NCBI RefSeq assembly: GCF_902713615.1
Contig: NC_052147.1
Span: 78,704,091-78,768,090 of the forward strand
Length of the DNA: 64,000 nt
Reading direction: 5' to 3'
Source of the DNA: Scyliorhinus canicula
Lineage: Eukaryota
Below are positions 1 to 11,827 of the stretch, piece after piece (the first letter of the stretch is position 1; the number at the start of each line of letters is the position of its first letter). The notes under the pieces are model-generated. The model did not search any database. It worked only from the letters and a program-made list of their open reading frames with translations, and was not told the origin of the DNA. A program made the translations under genes and the position numbers.

Positions 1-290
1 ATAGGATGAGTCACCCCCACCACCCTACCCCTGACACCAGCCTCCATCCCACATCCGTCACCATCCCCCACCATGCAGTCCCCACCAGACGGACCAGTAG
101 ACAGTGCTGGTTGAGGATGGGTTACCCCCCCAGGCCAGCCAGGGTGAGTCACCACCACCATGTCGCTGGCATCAACCCTGTCCCATACCCAACACCACCC
201 CCCCACCATGTGGCCCCCATCGGATGGACCAGCAAGCAGTGCTGGGTGAGGATGGACAATCCCCCAGACCAGTCAGGGTGAGTCACTACC
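1..290. repeat. Degenerate tandem repeat, unit of about 135 bp, about 2 copies visible
   Basis: GAGTCAC(C/T)..CAC recurs near 8, 146 and 280; GGACCAG..CAGTGCTGG.TGAGGATGG recurs near 91 and 226. Probably internal to the Harbinger element. Confidence 0.6.
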
Positions 291-888
291 ACTCTGGCCC
301 AAAACGCAGTTCTACACATTCATAGCCCCCACCCCCACCTAGAGGGAAATTTAACCCCACCCGCCGGCTGTCTGCTTGCACCTTACCCTGCATCACATGC
401 CAACACCCATATCACCCAGCATGGCCAGGTGTCCTGCACATAGTACCGAAAGACTTGTTAGGAGAATTGGACATTCTGAATTCTCCATCAGTGTACCCAA
501 ACAGGCACTGTTTGCCACAAGGAGGAGTGTTATTGCGCAGAAGATTAGAAAGGTGGGCACCAGATAAGTTGGCACATGTGAAGCACATAGGTTAGCTATG
601 GGGCCTAGGACACAATACTAGTATACATCACAATAAACACCTGTTCACTGATGTCCCAAACTGCCTTGGTCCTCTGTCTGAAAGGTGTGAGGGATGGGCT
701 GGGCTGTGAGCCGAGGGTGTGCTGGGTTGGGGAAGGGGGTTTGGGCCAGATATGTGGGGGCGCCATTTGCTCAGGTCTACCCGGTGAGTGACCCTCCACC
801 CGGGCACACAGGGCCTCTGTAACGGCACGGATGCATCAGTGCACAGAGGTCAGGGAGATCCCAGACTGGTCCCCAATCGACAGCTGGA

Positions 889-1222
889 AGCGTGGCACAG
901 TGGCTAGCACTGCTGCCTCACAGCTCTAGGGACCCGGGTTCAATTCTGGCCACGAGTGACTGTGTGGAGTTTGCACTTTCTCTCCGTGTCTGCGTGGGTT
1001 TTCTCCGGGTGCTCCGGTTTCCTCCCACAGTCCAAAGATGTGCAGGTTAGGTGAATTGGCCATGCTAAATTGACCCTTAGTGTCCAAAAGGTTAGATGGA
1101 GTTACTGGCTTAGGGGGATAAGGTGGAGGCGTGATCTTAAATGGAGTGCTCTTTCCAAGGGCCGGTGCAGAGTCGATGGGCCAAATGACCTCCTTCTGCA
1201 CTGTTAATCTTATGGTTCTATG
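889..1222 (+). mobile_element. HE1/V-SINE-type tRNA-derived SINE
   Basis: A-box TGGCACAGTGG, B-box GGTTCAATTC, V-core GTGTCTGCGTGGGTTT.CTCCGGGTGCTCCGGTTTCCTCCCACAGTCCAAAGA, and tail CTGCACTGT..TTCTATGA. Confidence 0.9.
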
Positions 1223-1615
1223 ACCCTGTTGCAAAAACGTTCAGGGCAACCGGGGGAGTGGGCGTCCTCCCCCTTACTCCCATGGCGCCAGATGCGCCAT
1301 GATCTGGCACAGATGTATCAAGGTCTCCCTACTCAGCCGCAGTTCGTGGCAGCATGCTCTATCCGGCAGGTCCTCATACAACCAGCACTGCCAGCATACA
1401 CAAGGCCACTAATGCAGAGCACCTTCCTGCCTCCTCCTCGGCCTGTTGGGCGGTTGGCTTTTCATCATCAATGGCTGGTTTCTGTTTCTTCCTCTGGGGT
1501 CGGCTCCTGTTCTGCAGGGTCCTCCCCGAGCAGCTCCTGCTCGTGCAGCCTTAGTCCATCCGCTGGGGCTGCGCCAACTCGGCAGATGTGGCAGATGCCA
1601 ACCATTCCTGGTTCA

Positions 1616-2415
1616 TAGAACATAACGGGCCCTTCGGCCCTCGATGTTGCGCCGACCCATGAAATCATCTGAAGCCTATCTGACCTACACTATTCCATTT
1701 TCATCCATATGTCTATCCAGTGACCACTTAAATCCCCTTAAAGTTGGCGAGTCTACTACTGTTGCAGGCAGGGCGTTCCACACCCCTACTACTCTCTGAG
1801 TAAAGAAACTGCCTCTGACATCTGTCCTATATCTACCACCCCTCAATTTAAAGTGATGTCCCCTCGTGTTGGTCATCACCATCCGAGGAAAAAGACTCTC
1901 ACTGTCCACCCTATCTAACCCTCTGACTATCTTATATGTCTCTATTAAGTCACCTCTCAGCCTTCTCCTCTCTACGAAACCAACCTCAAGCCTTTCCTCG
2001 TAAGACCTTCCCTCCATACCAGGCAGCATCCTAGTAAATCTCCTCTGAACCCTTTCCAAAGCTTCCACATCCTTCCTATAATGTGGTGGCCAGAACTGCT
2101 CGCAGTACTCCAGGTGCGGCCGCACCAGAGTTTTGTACAGCTGCAGCATGACCTCGTGGCTCCGAAACTCAATCCCTCTACTGATAAAGGCTAGCACATC
2201 ATATGCCTTCTTAACAGCCCTATTAACCTGGGTGGCAACTTTCAGGGATTTATGTACCTGGATGGCGAGATCTCTCTGTTCATCTACACTACCAAGAATC
2301 TTGCCATTAGCCCAGTACTCTGCATTCCTGTTACTCCTTCCAAAGTGAACCACCTCACACTTTTCCGCATTAAACTCCATCTGCCACCTCTCAGCCCAGC
2401 TCTGCAGCTTATCTA
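1616..2415 (-). mobile_element. 5'-truncated CR1 LINE (ORF2 C-terminus and 3' tail)
   Basis: ORF 1685-2422 has WQMEFNAEKCEVVHFG, LYKTLVRPHLEYC and FFTQRVVGVWNALP. Tail ends ..TGTTCTATG. GGTTCA duplicated at 1610-1615 and 2416-2421. Confidence 0.95.
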
Positions 2416-3601
2416 GGTTCAATACTAAAGTCCATTCTGTTCAGGGGTAAAGGGAAGACATGTTAGCATGGTGAGTACTCCCGTGCCCAAACAGGTCCAA
2501 CGTGCCACACGGTGACCGTGGCTTGCACTGCAGCCCTGCCCCGCATGTATTCCCCACCGCCACCCCCGACCACTCCCCCTGACACTTTGCCCTCTCCACC
2601 GCACCGGGGGTCTCTAACCCATCCCTGCCAGCAGGGATTCTGGTGGCTGGCGCCACCTATGCCACCAGTGTGCTCTGCCGGCCCCTGTCCTGCGCAGTCC
2701 TATATGGTCTAATGTGGGGGTCCCTGCTTGGGTGGGCCATGTGATATTCCACCAGCAGGGTGGCATCAGGTTGTGGGGATGGTGGTGGGCGAATTGAGCA
2801 ACTGATCGGCGCTATGCTTGGTGGCATGCGTGCGGTCAGGCCCCACAGGTAGGGCTCGGCCAGAGGATTGGGCACCCGTTGGGACTGTAGTTGCGGTGTG
2901 CTGAGGCTCCTTTGTGTGGTGCACAGGTGGTGCCTATTTGTCAGGGGGCAGGATGGAAAGGGGCTCGGGTGCAGCAGGCAAGCAGTGCCTGGTGGCAGCC
3001 TGTGGTCATGGGGGTAGGCTAGCTGAGGGAGGTACTGACTGGACATCTGTGTGCCAGGGTGGGTGACGACAGCCACAGTACATACACCCACTGTTCGGGG
3101 CGCATTCCACGGTTCTCCTGCTGCCCTTGCAGTGAGGGAGCACCGTGGGTGGGTGTGGGGATGTGTGCCAATGCCTGGCGTGCCACGGGCTGTGCTGGGC
3201 CACACCCGTCCTGCTGATGGGTCGGCTGGGGTCAGTGGGCTCCTGGGGCCTGGGCGGGGGTACCCATACGGCCAGTGGCAATCTGCATATCTATGAGCCA
3301 CAGTGCGCAGTTAGTGGGGTGTGCAGCCAGATGGTTACCTTGCAGGCCTCGCCAATGTCGGTCCTGTGGGAACACCCCCACCCCACGGTCCGTCTTATGG
3401 TCGCCCCCCCCCCCCCCCCCCCCCAGCCAGCAGCACACCTGGCAGCCCACCATTGAGCCTTTGGGAACTTGGCTTGCTTCCTGTAGCTCCCTCATTGGCC
3501 ACAGTGCCTGTTTCACGATTTTAAACCGCCTCATCGTCACTTCCGCCTGGCGGAGGCGGAGCATCATCGGAGGCCCGAGAATACTGGATCTGGCCCGTTA
3601 A

Positions 3602-3758
3602 AGAAAAGAACAAAGAACAAAGAAAAGTACAGCACAAGAACAGGCCCTTCGGCCTTCCATGCCGGTGCCGACCATGCTGCCCGACTAAACTACAATCTTC
3701 TATACTTCCTGGGTCCGTATCCCTCTATTCCCATCCTATTCATATATTTATCAAGATG
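3602..3758 (-). mobile_element. CR1 3' tail fragment
   Basis: AAAGAAC repeats followed by ACAGGCCCTTCGGCC. GCCCGTTAA is duplicated on both sides (about 3593 and 3759). Confidence 0.8.
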
Positions 3759-5995
3759 CCCGTTAATGAAATGCTAACGGTCGTTACTGTGACAATTTGC
3801 ATGCCTACGCTGGCGCGTGGTGTACAACATTCACTCTGCTATCGAGGCGCCAGAGAATTGCATTCCATTGGACGCCTGGCGCCGACCTCCATTTTCGGCT
3901 GATGTGGGATTCTCCACCCGATCGTGGTTCTGGCATTGCTGGATGGAGAATTCCACCCAGTATTGTTTTGTGGTAAGTCTTACCAGTGTGCCTCCCAGTT
4001 AAATTAATATTTAAACAGAATTTGACGGGTCTTTTCAAAGCTTTTTAGGAAGCGATAATGCAGCAGTATCCATCACATAAAAATTGTTGTGATGAAAATA
4101 ATGGATGACTCTTTTCTTCCACAACAGGATGAGTAATATATCTTTATAAATAGCAATTAACAAATAGTGTGAATGTCTCCCAGGTATTTAGATTCTATTC
4201 ATTTAAAGCTAGATGCACCATTGAAGCAATGATGCTTCAAAATAAGTATGCGCTCAGTTAACATACTCAGTTTCGGGAGTAATATATATAAAACTTACAT
4301 TGTAATCATTTTCAAATAAGCCAAAAAAATCCTTTTTCTTATCCATGTGGGATTGCTGAATGTCAGAACAAAATCAATCCAGCACTGCAGATTTATGTGT
4401 TTTCCCTCCTGCTAGAAGCTGTTTTGAATTTGTACTCCCATCACTATCCTCTCACAAATTATTCCAAAGCCTTTTTAAACACTGTAATCCAGAAGGGTTT
4501 CTCTGTTGTAGCTCATGGTCACCTCAAGGTTAAAATCTAGTTATGATGTATTCCCCAAATTGTTATTAATAAATTACAATACATTTCACATTGGCGACAA
4601 AATGCAGTGGAAGCTCTAGAGATCGTGAAAGACAATATATAAATGAAAGGTTTTTATTATTCTTTCAAACCTAACTCATTTCCTAAATATCTCCAAATTT
4701 ACAACTTTTACAAATTTACAAATTTACATTGCTTTTTCACTCCTGCCGGTTTTGTGATATTTGTACTAAAGAGTGAAATTTAATTTAATTGACACAGGTT
4801 CAACCCACTAGTTAGAGAAGCAGTGGGCAACCTGTGTCACACCTGACGGGGATGGTGCCTGTCCGTTGTGGCCAGGAATTAACCCTCACCGGTATTCAGG
4901 GCGCCAGACCTGGAAATCACCCCTCTTCCCCACCCCGAGAGCTGCCAACCAGATGCTGGGAGCTCTATGACAGGCTGCACCACCATGAGGGGTGGCTGCT
5001 GCTAGTAACGTACTCAAGACGAGGCACTGGATCGCCTGGGAACAAGGCCACAGGTGAATCAGGGCTGGGTGTGATGGGGAGGGTGTTACAGGGAAGGGGG
5101 TCACAGGAGGGGGGCAGGGGGGTCAGAGACAAGGGATCGCAGGGCCACTTCTAGATGGATCCCCTCCAGAAGACGGCAAGTAAACTCTCAAGTGTTTGCC
5201 TGATGGCCTTCTGGATGCACAGGAAGGCCATGCCACTTGCAAGCAACACTTGAGTCACAATACATTCTAGTGTCACTTGACTCAATAATAAGCTTAACTG
5301 ACAACGCAGGATGAGTGGGTGGGTTTCCCGCAAGGGCCTATTCCCAGCTCCAGCCTAACTGTCGGAGATTTTTCCGCTGCCAGGAGATTGAGTTGTGGCC
5401 TTTCCCACAATTAAGTGGGCCTAGCTGCCATATTTCCCACTGAGGGAGCCTACATTAACTCCAGCCCAGTTTGTCCATTTAAAAGAAGCGGATTGTGAAG
5501 CGCATAGCGACAAATGACAGCTGTTTCAGCGAGTGCTGTGCCTGAACTGTTTGCGATGATAATTTCATTCCTATCTTCTGAAAATCACCACATAGTATTC
5601 AACGGTCTTTGTGCCTAATTTCTATCTTTTTCAGAAAGCCGTCACTTTGTCGCAGCCTAACACTCTTTCAGAACCTCGGCATGAGGGGCTTTCCTCAAGT
5701 GTTGAGCCTAGACAGTGATATCATCAAGGTATTCAACAGCGTGCGTGCAGAATCGTAGAAGTGCCAGATCCTGTCATGGCCTCATGCCCATTTGTGCAGA
5801 TTCTAGCTGGAGGTACTAGCAGAAATCAGAAGTGGGAAATCTGACTGATTCCTCCCCTCCCTGGTATAGGAAAACTGAGTTGGTGTTTATATCTTTGCCC
5901 TAGCTGAGAGTAGTTAACTCTCTGGTTTGTAGAGCTATATCTCATGGTGCATTTCTCCAATCAGCCATTAAGAAGTGCTCTCACAATTAAAACGC

Positions 5996-6328
5996 ATCAT
6001 AGAATCAACAGTGCAGAAGGAGGCCATTCGGCCCATCGAGTCTGCACCGGCCGTTGGAAAGAGCACCCTACCCAAGCCCATAACCTCCACCCTATACCCA
6101 CACCTCTACCTTATCCCCGTAACCCCAACTAATCTTTTTTGGATACGAAGGGCAATTTAGCATGGCCAATCCACCTGACCTGCCCATCTTTGGACTGTGG
6201 GAGGAAACTCACGCAGACACAAGGAGAACATGCAGACTCCGCACAGACAATGACCCAAGCCGGGAATTGAACCTGGGACCCTGGAGCTGTGAAGCAACTG
6301 TGCCAACCACCGTGCTACCGTGCTGCCC
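5996..6328 (-). mobile_element. HE1/V-SINE
   Basis: Reverse complement of the 889-1222 family; ends ..GTGCTGCCC. Confidence 0.9.
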
Positions 6329-6547
6329 ATGTATAAAGGGACATAGTTAGCTATGTGACACCCCACACACTCATTTATGTTTTTCCCTCAATTCATAGTT
6401 AACAAATAGCAACATTCAGTCAAAAATAGCATCAGTGCTACTCTTGACTGGTAGATCTTAGGTCAAATTAATCTATCTAAATACTATTAAAGGTGTACTT
6501 TTGTTAGCCCCTTCCTCCGAGAGATTCGCCAGTTGTCAGTAGCAAAT

Positions 6548-6724
6548 TTAATAATAATAATAGTTTATTGTCACAAGTAGGCTTCAATGAAGTTACTGTG
6601 AAAAGCCCCTAGTCGCCACATTCTGGCACCTGTTCGGGGAGGCCGGTACGGGAATTGAACCCATGCTGCTGGCTGTGTTCTCCATTACTAGCCAGCAATT
6701 TACTACACTGTGCTAAACCAGCAA
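6548..6724 (-). mobile_element. Short tRNA-derived SINE without V-core, with AAGCCTACTTGTGACAATAA tail
   Basis: B-box (GAATTGAACC on +), same tail as 8105-8284, 17779-18070 and 37410-37720, (TTA)n end. Confidence 0.8.
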
Positions 6725-7482
6725 GACCAACTAACTTGACTGGATTGTTTGGGTATGAGAGAAGATTTAGATCTCCGGATTAAGAGACGAGACCATGGTT
6801 TGATCCGAGGTGTTCAATGGAGGAGACTAGATTTACAGTTAACAACATCTCGTTAAGGTCAAGTCCAAATTATGTGCATTAGAAATAGATCTGCCACTTT
6901 ACTATTTGTTTTATTTTGATGCATGGGCAATTTGCTGGTGAGAACATCTTACTAATTTTTAATGTTTTGCAAATGCTCCCACATTCATGAACCATGCCCT
7001 AGTAAACAGTATGGCTAGTGAATGGCTCCCAGATTTGCTCAATAAGCAGTGGCGTAGAGTTCAGGAAAAGCAATTCTAAATGAAATAATCCACTGATTTT
7101 CCCCTTCTCCTTCCAGTTATGAAACATGGAGCGGCATGGGGGCATGGTGGTTATCAATCCTTTGTAAATACAACCGCTGTGTAACATTTAATCCAAATGT
7201 TAAAACTGGGGCGGGTTAATGGAAATGAATTTTTAACTGCGCAAGTGACTTTCCAGCATGTGAGTAGTACTTATGAAAAATATGAACAGTATCAGCAAAA
7301 AAAGAGAGGAAATATTTCAATATGTTTGTATAGATATCTAAAGATTCAAACACCAAATGAAAGCGTACACTGGAGGCACTTTCTCCATAGAACGTTTGAA
7401 TACTGAGCAAGAAAACACATTTCTTGGCCTCACTGCATTTAGAAAAAGAAAATCCATGTGTAGACAGGAGTGATTATCTTAC

Positions 7483-7630
7483 CTTAGAACATAATTGACC
7501 CAGATGACATTTTTCTCGGTGGCATTTTTTGCATTGAATGCAATAGTGGCACAGGACTGAATCCAAATATAGCCTCCATTTTTCTGTAGCCAGCGATAGT
7601 ACTTAGTTATACATTGGCCCTTATTCAATA
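7483..7630 (-). CDS. NPAS3: NPAS3 internal coding exon (148 bp; PAS-B/PAC)
   Basis: Acceptor ttttgtttAG (7632-7631), donor GTaag (7482). Encodes (L)[48 protein letters not shown]. Its phase 1 start matches the previous exon. Confidence 0.93.
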
Positions 7631-8104
7631 CTAAACAAAAGAGATCAATTTCAGTTAGCAAAAGCGGTAATATAGAAAGGACAATCATAGTTAGCTATGT
7701 TACACAAAGCATGCCCCTTGCACTCTTTTAAGTCACCTCTTCATGGTGAGTAAACTTGCTCTGATGCATCTGCCATGCTTAAGCAGTGCACTATGATACA
7801 TACAATAGCAAACTGAAGCGACTTATCCTCAGCTTCCTCTCACTACTTTCATTTGCAGAAGGGCATGTTGATCCTGATGACACTCTTGCGGTCAGGAATT
7901 TAAGATAAGAGGAATCAATTGCAGCCTATTTCACAGCATGTTACTGCACAACTGCACTTCCCCATTAAACATTATTCACTGATTATTAATCTTGCACATA
8001 ACATTGAGAAACATAGCCACACAGAAAAGTTGCTATTTCTAGTTATCTGACTAAATGTGGTCAGAATATAGCTGCTAAGTATTTAATCACTCCCTTTTGC
8101 TACC

Positions 8105-8284
8105 CTGGTTTAGCATACTGGGTTAAATAGCTGGCTTTTAAAGCAGACCAAGGCAGGCCAATAGCATGGTACAATTCCCAGACCAGCCTCCCCGAACAGG
8201 CACCGGAATGTGGCGACTAGAGGCTTTTCACAGTAACTTCATTGAAGCCTACTCGTGACAATAAGCAATTTTCATTTCATTTCA
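8105..8284 (+). mobile_element. Short tRNA-derived SINE (same tail family)
   Basis: CTGGTTTAGC head, CCGAACAGGCACCGGAATGTGGCGACTAG body, (ATTTC)n end; close relative at about 42483-42655. Confidence 0.8.
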
Positions 8285-9835
8285 CAATCTGTCGTATGTT
8301 TAACAAAAGTTTTATGGCAAACATCTTTAACTATTAGCTTTTATGCATTGCTCCAAATACTATTATGATTAAGTTTTACTGCATGCAAGAAATAATTGCA
8401 ATTGCAAATGACTGTTGCCATTTGTCTAACTGTATTTAAACAATAGTTAAGATGAAACTTATAGAAGAATTCTGATTCATCCATAGCAGATTTTCAAATA
8501 CAAAATAATGTTCTGATTTCAAACATTGACCACAAGGTGGTGCATTTTTCTCACAAGCCGAACCACTCCAGAAGGTCCGTGGAATGCACAACTGCTGTAC
8601 TTCTGCTAAAATGAAGAAAATCTAATTACAGTAATAAATCTGATCACCTTAGCTGTGAAATGGTTTTGTCAACTGATACATATTTCCATTAATCATTTGC
8701 AAGTATAAATTAGAACAAGATGGAATGTTTCAGAGCAACATATTTCATTTACCAGTGCATTCAATCTGTTTGTTTAATTGCAACTAATGAGTGTCAAATG
8801 TACAACTACTGTTGAAACTTTCGGCAAGCAAACTGAAAAGAACATATTCATCTTTGATAATGATTTTCAAGAAAAAATTGGGTTAATCCTCTCGTCGGTT
8901 GGTCAATAAAAGTAATATATCAGCCGACTAAAGATGCAGAATTTGCATAAACGATAAACACAGCTATAGCAGTAATTAAAAATTATGTGACAATGCCTCT
9001 TGTAAAATGATAAATGTCTTAGAAAAAGTACACAGTCTCAGTAAACTGATCTGAGTGCGCAATCAGGCACCAAGCTTACCGTAACCATTCTTGGTTACAC
9101 TTCCTAATGATTAATCTTTCTATAAAAGGATCATGCTAAAGCTATATTTAGATTGTGATTTGGGGCAGTGAAATGCATCCTTTGGTTTACTCTCATCTCA
9201 CATACACTGCTAATAAACCACCTTGATAAACTAATTTGTAGATTTTAAACAGTGTTAGTGATCATTTATTGTCAAAACTTAAAAAAGGGTTCCTTTTCAT
9301 CATTATGTCCTTTACATCTGCAACTTATCTGAAGGCACAGTCCTATTAAGACTCACAACTGGTGGACGAGTGGAAGGAAATCAGAACCCTGACATATGGT
9401 TGTATTTAATTCCACAGCAAAGTGGATAGATGTCTGACTGTTGAGGTTAACACTGGGCCAGATTAGCATCAGCTGGACATCACATCCCATTTGCACATAG
9501 CTTTTGTATAACTTTAGCAGTAGCATTAACCTCCTAGCACTGAAGATTGTAAATACAAATTCTGACCTTGACTTTTCCTTATTGGGTTGCGTTCTCTGCG
9601 AGTCTGCTAGATGAGCATTGCGTTTCAGAGATGGGCTCAATTTCAGGAGATTATCGGAGGGAAAAGAGTGACTGGGAACAACCTTATTGAAAATAACTTT
9701 TCTGATTGTCATAACTAAGTGTGTAACTAAAACTAGAAGTGTGCAGCAAATTACAATTCCAGTGTGTCATAAATTGTGAATGGGTGAGCACATACTTACA
9801 TGTGTAAGTATATGTAGATTCACACAAGGGTGAAT

Positions 9836-9950
9836 TTCTTGATTAATAAGGGGATCAGGGGTTATGGGAAGAAGGAGGAGAATGGGGATGATTGAATGGC
9901 GGAGCAGACTCGATGGGCTGAGTGCCCTAATTCTGCTCCTATGTCTTATG
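9836..9950 (+). mobile_element. CR1 3' end fragment
   Basis: Matches the tail of the 31803-32297 copy (AATAAGGGGATCAGG...CTGCTCCTATGTCTTATGG). Confidence 0.8.
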
Positions 9951-10352
9951 GAATTGACAGTAGGTAGAACGCTATCTGCTTTTGGAAAACTGGGTCTGGT
10001 CTCTGCTGGCTCTAGGAGTGGCGACCAGGTTTGAGTCTCTTCACTTTACCATACAAATTTATGCATGGGGGATAGCTCACCGTATTCCATCCGAATCCGG
10101 GTATCAGTCCACCATTTTGAATGGGCAGCCCGATCCCGATGTCTGGCGCTGGCCTCTCCTCCCGCCAACAATAGAAATCTTGCCCCCCACCCCACCACTG
10201 ACGAGTAGAGGCATCCTCCCCCATACCAGGGGCTGGCAGGGTCACCCCCCCCCCCCCACAATACGCACACATGAGGGTGACCTGACACCCTTCCCCCCGA
10301 TCTCCTCCCACCAACACCCTCAGCCCCATCAGTCACCCCCATCAGACTCCCC

Positions 10353-10971
10353 GAGCGGGATTCTCCCCTACCCGGCAGGGTGGGCCGTACCGGCGCCGAG
10401 GACTGGTGTGAACCACTCCGGCATCAGGCCGCACGGAATCTTCCACACCTTCAGGGGCTAGGCCGCGGCCGGCGGGGTTGGCGCCGCATTAGCCGGCGGC
10501 GAAGTGCTTGGCGCATGCGTGGGAGCGCCAGCGGGTGCTGGCATCATCCCAGCGCATGCGCAGGGGTGTTCCTCTCCGCGCCGGCCATGGCGGACTGTTA
10601 CACTGGCTAGCTCGGAGGGAAAGAGTGCCCCTATGGCACAGGCCTACCAGCGGATCAGTGGGCATCAATCATGGGCCAGGCCACCGTGGGCCCCCCCACC
10701 TCCCCCAGGGCCAGAACCCCCTACACTCTTCCCCCCACCTCTCCCCCGAGGACTCCGCAGGTCCCGCCGGTACGGACATGGTGTATTTTACGCCGGCGGG
10801 ATCCGCCGAAAACGGGCGGCCACTCAGCCCATTGCGGGCCGGAGAATCGCCCGGGGGGTGGGGGGGGTGTGGCCACTGCCAACGGCCCCCGACCGGCGCA
10901 ATCCCTGCCCCCGCCGAAAAACCGGCACCGGAAAATCCGGCAGCCTGGCAGGGTGTTGGAGAATCCCACCC
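10353..10971. mobile_element. GC/CpG-rich Harbinger-type MITE (family A), nested in an older non-autonomous element (about 9990-11470)
   Basis: TIRs GAGCGGGATTCTCC and GGAGAATCCCACCC; reverse-complement homolog of 37850-38575. Confidence 0.8.
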
Positions 10972-11477
10972 CCCATCAGTCACCTTCATCAGACCCCAAA
11001 TACAACCCCCATCATACTCCCCCTCAGTCATTCCAGCATTCCATCAGAGACCTGCATCAGAGCCCCACACCAGAAACCCCATTAGAAACCCCCATCAGAG
11101 ACCCCCATCAGTCACCCCTGCCTGAAAGCTGAAGAGCAGTCCAGGCAGTACGGTGAAAGATCACTGCATTTTCACTTGCCCTTCCCTTACATCTTTAACT
11201 CCAGACAGAAATGTTTAAAGCAACAGCTTTTACAAGTATTAGAGGCTTCCTCTCCAGCCAAGTATACTTCAAAGGGCTTCATGCTTCATATCCCTTGACA
11301 ACCGTTGAAATGCAAATCGTCCAATTTGACACAGCAATACATTTCCATAGCCAGTGATTGACGGTTTTATCAGTCGAGAGAATAATTGGATTGTTTATCT
11401 CTCTTTTGCTTCACTCCTGATTCTCAAGTACCTTGCATTGATGCTAACCACAATGTTTATAAACACTCTTGCTATGC

Positions 11478-11579
11478 TTGACAGATCCTCAGCACATCAA
11501 AAGGAGCTAAGTGGTTTCACTTCCTCTTATTCACAGCAGAAAGCACTTAGCTCCTTTTGATGTGCTGAGGATCTGTCAA
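11478..11579. repeat. Perfect 36-bp inverted repeat with 30-nt spacer
   Basis: TTGACAGATCCTCAGCACATCAAAAGGAGCTAAGTG (11478-11513) is the exact reverse complement of 11544-11579. Confidence 0.95.
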
Positions 11580-11734
11580 CCATAGAAGAAGCCCCTTCAA
11601 ACAAGCCCTTGAGGCTACTTATTGAAAACTCAAGAGGCAGCTGCCTTGTCTCCAAGTGTGAATACCTTGCACCTCTTCTCAGCTTATATACTTTCCTTTG
11701 ATCTCCAACAATCAAACTAACCCGACTTACTTAA

Positions 11735-11825
11735 ATAAAAGCAAAATATTGTGGCTGATGGAAATCTGAAATAAAAAGAGAAAACGCTGGATAAACTCAG
11801 AAGATCAGTCAGCATCTGTGAAACT
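11735..11825 (+). mobile_element. Penelope-like terminal-repeat fragment (partner in opposite orientation at about 14385-14440)
   Basis: GAAAACGCTGGATAAACTCAG..GTCAGCATCTGTG; same family as 32625-32715, 45750-45870 and 58765-59110. Confidence 0.55.
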
Positions 11826-11827
11826 CT

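Larger units (their letters stand above)
1223..3958 (-). mobile_element. Decayed PIF/Harbinger element end with transposase N-terminus, interrupted by two CR1 insertions
   Basis: TIR-like GGAGAATTCCACCC near 3945-3958. Removing the CR1 restores ATG(2435) MDFSIEPGMVGIC...LRLHEQELL, followed by a frameshifted segment like the HARBI1-type N-terminus (EDLPDRAC..LRLSRETLIHLCQIMAHLAP). Confidence 0.65.

Noticed and set aside
889-960. tRNA genes at A/B-box motifs
   Set aside because: All are SINE heads followed by V-core or tails, not complete tRNAs.
1-7482. Next downstream NPAS3 exon (expected to encode roughly NPEYKDTPMDIAQLP..)
   Set aside because: No matching sequence found by eye on the minus strand; it probably lies left of the window.
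9792-9811. Short palindrome ATACTTACA-TG-TGTAAGTAT
   Set aside because: 9-bp AT-rich arms can arise by chance in 64 kb.
10380-11132. Overlapping 150-205 aa ORFs (also 2657-3301, 14725-15441, 37847-38452, 58165-58779)
   Set aside because: By-products of GC-rich MITE sequence with few stop codons; no domain motifs.
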